DNA of 46,113 nt, counting the filler, from Jimgerdemannia flammicorona (lineage: Eukaryota), in NCBI GenBank assembly GCA_003990765.1. It is 2 parts of 2 records of this genome, joined end to end, with 100 filler letters (N's around TTAATTAATTAA, not from the genome) between each part and the next. Parts side by side here need not be neighbours in the genome. Positions count along the whole stretch, not along the records: positions 1 to 23,016 come from RBNJ01001170.1; 1 more part is not named here. The stretch is one strand, 5' to 3'. Under the pieces are notes generated by a model that had not been told where the DNA came from, did no database searches, and worked only from the letters and a program-made list of their open reading frames with translations. Position 1 is the first letter of the stretch, and every line of letters begins with the position of its first letter. Positions 1 through 9,048 of the stretch are shown here, in pieces. The position numbers were made by a program, and so were the translations under genes.

Positions 1-1346
1 TTTTTTTTTTTTTTTTTTTTTTTTTCCTGTTACTCATTTATTAACTATCTATAACATGCCACATATCCTCATACAACATCAGTAGTCCCATTCTACCCCA
101 ATCTCAACCCACTCCCAGCCTTGTATCTTTAGGGTGTAAGTTGCGACCTTACTGCCCAAGTAACTAGATCCTCCTACCCGGTCTGCCCCACCCAGTGGGT
201 ATGGGTTGTGAGCCCCAACCACCTCAAGTACTTGGTATCTAGTGCACCTGATCTACCCCTATTAGTGCCTCCTGTCTTGCCTATCTAGCCCATCTTACCC
301 ACCCATGTTGCCCATGTTGCCATCTTGCTGTCTTGCCCATCTTGCCCATCTTGTCCATCTTGCCCGCCCATGTTGCCTGTGTTGCCCATGTTGCCCACCC
401 GTATTGCCCATATTGTCCATCTTGCCCATCTTGCTCGTGTTGTCCATATTACCCATCTTGCCCATCTTGCCCATCTTGTCCGTCTTACCTGCCCATGTTG
501 CCTGTATTGCCCATGTTACCCATATTGCCTATATTGCCTGTATTGCCCATTTTGCCTGTTTTGCCTATTTTGCCCATCTTGCCCATGTCACCTGTCTTGC
601 TGTCTGCCCATCTTGCCCATGTTGCCCATTTTGCTATCTTGCCCTTCTTGTCCATCTTGCCCACCTATATTGCCCATGTTGCCTGTATTGCCTGTGTTGC
701 CTGTGTTACCCACCTGTGTTGCCCATATTGCCTACCTGTGTTGCCAGTATTGCCTGTGTTGCCTGTTTTGCCCATTTTGCCCATTTTGCCCATTTTGCCC
801 ATTTTGCCTGTTTTGTCCATTTTGCCCATTTTGCCCATTTTGCCTGTCTTGCCCATGTCTCCTGTCTTGCCATCTGCCCATCTTACCCATATTGCCCATC
901 TTGCCATCTTGCCATCTTGTCCATCTTGCCCATCTTGCCCATCTTGCCCATCTTGCCCATCTTGCCTGTCTTGTCCATCTTGCCCATCTTGCCCATGTCA
1001 CCTGTCTTGTTGTCTTGCTGTCTTGCCCATCTTGCCCATCTTGCCCATCTTGCCCATCTTGCCCACCCATGTTGCCTGTGTTGCCCATGTTGCCCGTGTT
1101 GCCCATGTTGCCCATGTTGCCTGTATTGCCCATGTTGCCCATGTCGCCTGTCTTGCCATCTGCCTGTCTTGTCCATGTCACCTGTCTTGCCATCTTGCTG
1201 TCTTGCCTGTCTTGCCCATCTTGCTTGTCTTGCCCATCTTGCCCATATTGCCTGTGTTGCCCATGTTGTCTGTCTTTGTTTCTCTAAGTTATATGTAAAA
1301 CTGTTGCTTGAAGTTTGTGTAACACAAATTGTACTGGAGAGAGATG
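1..1346 (-). mobile_element. Non-autonomous poly(A) retroposon S1 (LINE-type 82-nt 5' leader + 9-bp minisatellite + AATAAA/poly(A))
   Basis: Minus strand starts CATCTCTCTCCAGTACAATTTGTGTTACAC at 1346, matching the 5' ends of the three LINEs, and reaches ATG (1264) after exactly 82 nt. AATAAA at 42-37; poly(A) of at least 25 nt at 25-1. It abuts LINE copy 1 ORF2 at 1347; the 3' TSD would be outside the window. Confidence 0.8.
271..1270. repeat. ~1-kb degenerate 9-bp minisatellite (TTGCCCATC / TTGCCTGTN variants) with 8-bp variants and higher-order blocks
   Basis: Tandem units are directly visible; marker blocks such as ATGTCACCTGTCTTG recur near 585, 855, 995 and 1140-1175. Confidence 0.95.
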
Positions 1347-4076
1347 TGGTGATGACTGCCTCTCCCGGATCTTCTGCAGCAGGGGAACCCAACCCCCTCT
1401 ATACAACTCCACTACCCTCTTAAGTCACCATGCCCTCAAGTAGTATAGTCATTTGGAGAAGTCCACCAGCTCAAGACCACCTCTCACCACTGATAGGGAC
1501 AAAGTCTCCCAACCAATCTGACTCCATCTGCCAGCCCAAATCCATCTCTTGGCCACCTTCACCAATCTCTTTACCACCCAGACTGGAAAGTCCAGATGAT
1601 AAGCTAAATATCATAGCTTCAGCAGCCAGTATACATTCAAAATCGAGATCCTTCCTACCAGAGAGAAATGTCTTCCCCCCCAACCCCACAGGTCCTCCTC
1701 CCAAATTCCAACCCTCTGCTCCCACCACAGTCTGGGCAGAACAGACCCATAGACCAACAAATAGATGTCCAAGTACCACACTGCCTCTCCAGTGGAGACA
1801 ATTGTTCCAATAACCTCTCCACCCACCAGGCCATTGCTCAGCACCATTGTTTCACACTTGTACCAATTCAGCTTCACCCCAGAGTTCTCCTCATACCACT
1901 CCACTATCTTCTTGAGCTCTTCGACATCAGCAATGACTCCCAAACCAACCACTATATCATCTGCAAAGGCTCCAACTTTCCAGCCAACTCTATAAATAGA
2001 GAGCCCCACTATCTTCTGCCGAATTCTGTCCATTAGAGGTTCCAAGGAAAGAGCATACAAAACAGGGGAAATTGGGTCCCCCTGGGGCACCCCCCTACCC
2101 AGAGGGAATGCTACCTCTCTATGCCCATTACACATGAGTGCTGCCCTACTCCCTTCCAGTAGGTTGACTATCACTGACCAAAATGGGACTGGAACCCCAA
2201 TTCTATCTAATATTTTCACTAGCCAGACTTGCTGCACCCGGTCATAAGCCTTCTCCTGGTCCAAGAAGACAAGATGCCTATCCAGTCCACAGGCTCTAGC
2301 ACCTTCAATAACTCCATATACCCAGGCTGTGCCATCTCTAATAAGCCAACCCCCTATGAAGCCCCTCTGCTCAATATCCACAATTTGCTGGGCTATCTTC
2401 TGTAGCCTTGTGACCACCACCTTAGTCACCAACTTTCTGTCTATATCCAGTAATATTATTGGTCACCAGTTCTTCCAATCCTCTTGCCTTCCTTTGTTCT
2501 TATAAAGCAGCATCACTAGCCCAAGATCCTGCTCCCCTACTCATCTCCCTGATTGCAATATAAAGTCACACAGTGCTGTCAACTCTCCCAACATGTCCAG
2601 GACTCCAACCATTTGCTTCCAGAAGTCCCAGGGTAGGCCATCCTCCCCAGGTGCCATACCTGAGGCTGTCGTGACAAGAACCTGGTAGATCTCATCCTCT
2701 TTTACAGGCATCACCAGATCACCTAGTCTCTCAGCTTGTAGTGGGTGCCAATCTTCTAATGTTCAGTCAATGGCTGTAGCATCTGCCCCACCCTCCTCCT
2801 CACTCCACAATCCACTCCATTGCTCCTTCAGCATTCCAAGGATATCCTGTACACCATGTACTAGTACACCATCTGAGTCAAGTACCCCTTTTCACTGCTG
2901 CTATACCCTTCTTGCTCAAAGTGTCCTCATGAGAAACTTGGAAGGCCTCTCTCCTTCCTCCAGCCCCTGCCAACAAAGCTGTGCCACCAGGCCTTGCATT
3001 CTTGACTCTTCCTCTTTCCACAGTATCTGTTGTAGTTCCCCAACCTCCATCTTCACCCTCATTATTCTCCAATCCTCTTCTCTCTCCACTACTGTCAGTC
3101 TCATCCACTCCTCCAGGAGCCTAGCCAATCTAGTAGAAGCCCAATGTACTCTCCACCTTCACTGCTTCCCAGCCTCTCTGCCAGCTTCACTCCAGTACAT
3201 CCTGGCCATCTCTTTTATCCTCACCCACCGAACCCCAATTGAGGCCCCTTCCTGCTACCAGTTCTCCACCTTCAGCTGAATGTCTTTCACCCACTCCTCC
3301 CACCAGGACTCATCATCCAACAAGGAGGAATTTAGACATCAATGTCCAGGCCCATCACCACTTCCCCCAAAACACCCCTATCTCAAAAGGCCCCAGTGAT
3401 CTGACCACAGACACCATTCCACCTCTAGCACCTTCTAAACATCGTGGCCCCAACAGTTGGCCATCAGAATCCAGTCAATTCTTGTCCCCAGGCCTCCAGC
3501 CCAATGCGTATATACCCTCCTGTCCCCCCAGTACTCCCTACCAGCATCCACCAGTACTCCTAGCCTTTCGACTTCCTCCCACATTACCAGCCCCCCACTC
3601 CTGCTCTCAGCACCCTGTCCTCCATCAGTTCTATCCAACTGTATATCTCGAACCATATTGAAATCTCCTCCAAGCATATCCACCCCAGTCTCAGCAAGGA
3701 TCCCACTTTCCTGGAGCCCTTTCACTCAATCCACATGCTCTCCCCACATGGCAGGGCAATAATAGGAGCCAATTGTGACCGGCTCCCAACCTGCACAAAT
3801 CCACTCACCCCAGACCAGTCTCTCCCCCCAGCTCCTCACATCTCTTATCTCCCCTCTGCCTTTCCGAACCAGAATCCTGACCTTGCTGTTCCAAATCACC
3901 ATACCACCCCATTTCTTTGTCCATTCTATCCTATCAGAATCATCCTCACACCTGACATCCTGCAAGAGGAAGAGATTGGTCTCCAATCCCTTCAGTCAAA
4001 TAAAAATATTCCTATATCTAACTGTGCCCCTTAGCCCATTCATGTTCAAAGAAAAAATGTTGATTGTACTGTTCAT
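1347..4076 (-). pseudogene. LINE copy 1 ORF2 (APE endonuclease + reverse transcriptase), stops, 3' part missing
   Basis: ATG at 4076; FLLQDV, GGDFN and RIDWIL (APE) and QGDPISP/AFADD (RT) in the ORF track. Confidence 0.9.
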
Positions 4077-4106
4077 AATGAAATACAGTTTGTTCTCAGT
4101 CGATCT

Positions 4107-6132
4107 CTACTGCTCTATGCTCATCTCCTCCTGTGCTATGTCCAAATTATGTTCAGCCATCACCTCCTCCTCTTCAGCCCTCTGAGCCTCCAATCCAGCC
4201 AACAGCTTATTTATCTTCTCATCAGCCTTCTCCTCAAACTCCTCTCTGTACTTGATGCAAGCCTCCTGCCAAAGCTGCAACCCATGATGCTTGTTCCAAC
4301 AGTACTCAGCCCTCTCCCCAGCAATAACCACCATCTCTGCCTCCTGCTCATTGTCTACCTCATACCCTTTCTCCTCCAGATACACTGTGAGAATTTCTGT
4401 CTTCAGTGCCATCACCACTTCTTCCCCCTGCAAAATTCTCATCCAGTACTCATCACCCATCCCATGCAAGTCCACCTCCCCCAACTCTTCTGCCACCAGG
4501 TTATTTATTATCTGGCACATCCAAAGTAGGTTCCCCATCTCCTTCCCACCAGGGGTCACCAGCCTCCCTCTGTCCAGCATCATGGTATCAGCCCCGGCAC
4601 TCACATCCTCATCCCATATCTCCAGGACATCTACCAGTTTCTCCTCCCTGGCTGCCACTACTTGATCTCCATTCATTACCTCCAGAATGCTGAATTTTAC
4701 CTACTGGGTCCCCAGCATCATCACATCCTCCCCAGTCTTGTTTCTGGAAGCCGGGTCATGCCTGATAAGAGGAGAAGGAGTGGGGGAGTTCTTCCAGACT
4801 TCATCCCAAACCTCCAAGGTGCCATTAGTATATGAGTTGCTAATCTTCATCTCTTTTGCCTTCCCTGTCTCCACTCTATCATTCCCACTCCTCTCGCCAG
4901 CCCAGATGCTCGCTCCGGCCCCTTCTGCATCTGTCTTCTTGCTTGCATCCTTCTGTAGTCCACCCCTCAGTTTAGCCAGCAGATTCTTCTGTCTCTTCCA
5001 CTCCTGAGCCCTTTCCCACTATACCTTGTCCACTTGAATCCTCTTTCCATCCACTACCTCCAGGTGCGTTGACTCCTCAAAAGTCTTCCAGGCCTTTGCT
5101 TGCCACTCCACAGTCCCATCTAATTCTTTCAGTACTTCTAATAAATCTTCTTCCTCTTCTTCACTTCCTTTCACCCTCGTCACCTTACACAGGATCACTC
5201 CCCAAACCATCACTGAAGACCAGTCCCTTGCCTTCCCAGTAGCCTCTTTCCCAGCCAGCTAAATCCTCACATCCATATCCCCAGTCCTGAGTGTGGTCTC
5301 TTCCCAGACCCTGAATCTGATATCTACCACCTCTCTATACTCCACCATAACATCCTCTACTTTCTTTCTTATCTCTATTACCATCACTATGGGTACTCCT
5401 TTCACCAGCAGTTGGACCACCCTTGGATCTCATTTCAAACACCTCGCCATCGGAACACATACCTCTCCAACCACCAACCCAACCTTCAGTACCTCCTCTA
5501 GTGGTTCAGCCTCCTCAAAACCCACCTCCACACCCTCCAGTCTCTTCAGAAACTTCACCGAAGCAGCTCCTGCCACCTGCTTAGCGATAAACCCCAGCAC
5601 CATTTTCACTATCACCGCTAAGCCCCAGAAGCACAGTGTAACCATGAATGCCAAGATCAATTTCTTGAGTAATAGGGCCACCACCAGGCCTATCATGCCA
5701 TCCACCAAATCTCCTTGTCTTCCAAGCCCCAGCTACTCAGCCTCGCCAATAGCCATCACATCTGGATTTTTTTCCAGATTAGCAGTTCCATCACTATCAG
5801 CAGTTACACTCTCCCTAGCCACTACTCCCCCAGCTTCACTGCCCCCCCTTCTAAGGGCCACTCCCCCCTGCACTGCTGCCTTCTCATTCTTCTTGCCCCT
5901 CCTCAGCCAGCCCTCCAGCCTCAATGCCTGCTGCCTCCCCTTCACCATCTCTGCAAAGCTCGTCCTTCTAGACTCCTGACCTCCACCAGTATCTCTACCC
6001 CTTCTTCATCCACCTGCCAGCAGCCCCCTCATGCTCCCCCCCCAGGCCTGGACCCCTCCCAACTTACTGTCATTTGAAAGCGCTTGGGCCACCCTGCCCA
6101 GTATGCACCTTATCTCACCTATCAGTTGTCAT
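4107..6132 (-). pseudogene. LINE copy 1 ORF1 (putative RNA-binding protein), premature stops
   Basis: Fragments 5733..5948, 5430..5708, 5019..5213 and 4107..4676 match copy 2 ORF1 in order; ATG at 6132. Confidence 0.85.
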
Positions 6133-6584
6133 ATTATTAGTCTCTTTGCTCCAAAAATGATATCATGAGTGTCTTCCAAAGGTTGTGTAACCTGAGTAGT
6201 ACTGGAGAAAGATGTCTGTGACTGCTTGAGTTTGTTGTACTAGAGATATCAGAACCTTGAGTCTGTTGGCTGTTTCTTCATTAATGAAGTTACCTAAGGT
6301 ACTACTGTCTATCATAATCTTGACAGATACTCAGTTGACAAAAGCTTGAAGTATAAGCAGTTTGTCTGATCCAATGGTAGTAATTTCAGTTGTAAGAGCT
6401 TTCTTTCTATTGGTTCTTCTTTGAGCCAGTTCATTGACACAAGAGAAGCAATCATCAATCATTCAGGAAGAGTATATTCTAATGCCATGGGGGCATTAGC
6501 CACTTGATACATATCTGTCTTCAATTTTCTTATTGAATTATTCTTCTTTATTCATGATAGGTTGGGCTGGGGCCTTGTTTAATG

Positions 6585-6986
6585 AGCCAAATCCTTTGGA
6601 TTCTTGGATAGTGGGTAATAGTTCAGGGACTTTCTTGACTATCAGCATTGACTCGATTTTTTCAAATAGGATCTGAGCAATATAGAAACCAATGGGGATC
6701 TTGAAGAGTATCCAACTATGGTTTTGGATGAGAATAATAATTTTGCCTATGTAATCTTCATCAATGACTCCTCCTTCTACTAAGAGTTCTTTTAATGCTA
6801 GGCTGCTGTAATAGCATATTCTTCCAACATGTCCTTCAGGGATTTGGATGCTGATTCATATAGACTTGCTTGACTTCTCAGTTGGAAACTGTGGCTTCTT
6901 CAGCTGTATATAGGTCATATCTAGCTGCTTTTTGACTTCCTTTGGTTGGGGCCTTGGCAGTTTGCCTTAACTTGACAAAGTCCAGT
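6585..6986 (-). pseudogene. dUTPase domain of Gypsy family B
   Basis: LDFVKL..AKAPTKGSQKAARYDLY...IPEGHVGRI..SSLALK..VEGGVIDEDYIGKI...IAQILF...SKGFGS: trimeric dUTPase motifs I-V, with one apparent frameshift. Confidence 0.88.
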
Positions 6987-9012
6987 ATTCTGGTAGTCAG
7001 ATTATTGAGATGGTACAGAGTAGTAACAGTTGCTCATGTTGCTATTCAGAGTTTTTAGTTGGGACAGACACTGGCCATGTGTCCTGTCTTTCAGCAATAG
7101 AAGTATGCTCTGCTTTTTTGAAGTTCATTTCTTTCTCCTTTGGTGAGTTTCTTTAAGGTATTTGACTGGGTAAGTTCATGATTTCTGGGTGTCCATAAGG
7201 TGGATGTTGAGGGAGCTTGGGATGCTTCATGCTTGGGTTCTTCTTTCTTAGTCTAAGTCTTTTCCTTATTGTTGAATTGTCTTCAGAGCAGAATTGGTCC
7301 AGCTGTTAGTATTTGCTTAACTATAGTCTTGATTCTTACTAAATACTATTGTTGGTAATCATAACCAACTGGGTGTCCTTGTTCTCAGATTTTTCTTGTA
7401 AGCTATTTGGGTAGTGTATCAAATAGATGGTCTGCTCTTATATCATTTCATGCTTCATCATTGGTAATATATTCTAGGCCAATAGTGTTCAGAAGTAACT
7501 TGAGTTTTGTACAGAAGGTTTTAAATTCCTCCTTACCATATATATCAAATTTGAGGTTATGGAGTTTAACTTGAGATTCAGCAATTATGGTTTCACTGTG
7601 GTATTGAGCAATCATGAGCTATTTGAGTCCAGGAGCTGCAGGATGGGCTCCATATCCTGGAGCATTATTGACTATATTCTGGGCAATTACTACAGGTTGG
7701 ATATCTCATATAAGGAGTTTTTCAGAAAGAGTTCACCACTATTCTTCAGCAGGTCTTTAGAAGAATATAATAACTTGATGGACATAGGCCATAGTAGTAG
7801 CAAAGAGTTGTTCCAGAGTGTGATCTTAATTGTTTGTCAGAAGGTGATCAGTAACTCACTCATTAGTCCATTAATTGGTTTCAAAGTTGGTATCAACTAT
7901 ACTAATGAAGCTTTGAACTTCTTATATAGTACTATTGAAGATAGGTAGACTCAGATTTTTAGTTGGTCAGATCTGTTTAGCTAAGGTAGTGATGGTTGCT
8001 ACCATTATGGCTATCTGGGCTATAAGATCTAGAATCTGTTAATTTGCCATATTATTTGCTAGAGATAGTTAGACTACTGATAGTAATGTTACTGGTACTA
8101 CTTAAGATACTAGTATAGAGTATTATGGTGTTCTTTGAGTCTGTATAAGTTGTTGGAGTAATAATTATAGGTCTGAAGTAAGGACTCAATAGATAGCTGT
8201 CTGTTGCTATATAGATGTATTCTATCCTGATAGAGATATATCTTCTTCAGTAGTGTATCTGGGATTAAATTTACTAAGATACTCCTTCTCCTCTTTGGCT
8301 TGATCTCTGTGTAGTTGAATTTGCTCAGTATCAAAGTAGATAGAGCCAGTTATATATCTGATTTCAGATGGACTTAATTTAAAGTCAAGTTCTGGTTCAG
8401 TATTGGTTTCAGATTCAGATAGAGCTATAGCTAGGCCTGCTTCAGATTTAGGATCAGATTGTTGGCAGAGAGTTTTCCTTACTTCTTCTTTAAGAATATA
8501 GTGGGCCTTGTAATTCTGGAAGTAGTAGTATAATATAGTCTTAGTCCTGATATAGTGAAAGTTGGTAGAGTTGAGCCACTTGACTATAGAGACTTGGGCT
8601 TCATAAGGAACTAAGGCTAGAAAGACTGCTACTGGTTATTTTAGGTCACTTGGATTTATAGAGCTGATAAAACTCTTGTTGAGAAGAGTAAAGAATACTT
8701 CTATAAGACCTTCTTTGTCTTAACTTGCAGGGTGTAGAGCAAGGAGTTCAGTGAATAGAGTTTTATCTATCTGCTGATTTAATTGAAGTACTTCTTTCTT
8801 TGAGTAAAGTTTGTCCCACTTGTTATAGGTATAGAGTTCAAATTATCTTTATATATCAGGTTCAATTCTCTCCAGATTGTCAGATAGTTCAGAATAAATT
8901 CTAGTTCAGAGATTGGGCTTTATACCAATTTATAGAAATTCTCAGAGAGGTTTGTAGCAGAGTGAGGAAGTATCTTGAAATAGAATTAGATTGTAAACCA
9001 CTACTATCAAGT

Positions 9013-9048
9013 TGTAAGAGGGTTACCCTAACAAGTAACTCTTTTACA
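9013..9048 (-). repeat. Putative 36-bp LTR of family B (TG...CA, 14-bp inverted ends)
   Basis: Plus strand reads TGTAAGAGGGTTAC-CCTAACAA-GTAACTCTTTTACA. It is followed on the minus strand by the PBS-like sequence and preceded by family A LTR sequence. Confidence 0.55.

Larger units (their letters stand above)
1347..6214 (-). mobile_element. L1/Tx1-like LINE, copy 1 (5' end intact, ORF2 interrupted at 1347, decayed)
   Basis: Colinear with copy 2. Leader CATCTTTCTCCAGTAC starts at 6214. RT motifs LDQEKAYDRV, GVPQGDPISP and AFADD are in ORF 1611..2432; APE motif GGDFN is in ORF 3435..3725. Confidence 0.93.
6215..9048 (-). mobile_element. Ty3/Gypsy family B, 5' part (mini-LTR, PBS, gag, dUTPase, protease), cut by LINE copy 1
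   Basis: Manual minus-strand translation gives a zinc knuckle YFYC*KTGHMASVCP (~7105-7063), a dUTPase (6986-6585) and protease VKIMIDSSTLGNFI (~6320-6280). A PBS-like TGATAGTAGTGG lies at ~9009-8998. Confidence 0.8.

Noticed and set aside
732..1264. Collagen-like Gly-X-Y protein on the minus strand
   Set aside because: The frame from the leader ATG stops after 28 codons, and 8-bp units switch frames repeatedly.
1265..1346. Shared leader as a trans-spliced leader
   Set aside because: The four leaders are too divergent from one another and track LINE subfamilies; spliced leaders are near-invariant.
305..1423. Three long plus-strand ORFs (Cys/Pro/His/Leu-rich, metallothionein-like look)
   Set aside because: All three frames are open only because the 9-bp repeat lacks stop codons, and they are antisense to the poly(A)-defined element.
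7559..8334. ORFs 7559..7948 and 8110..8334, and similar AT-rich ORFs (10061..10246, 38944..39153)
   Set aside because: Antisense or off-frame readings of decayed TE sequence.
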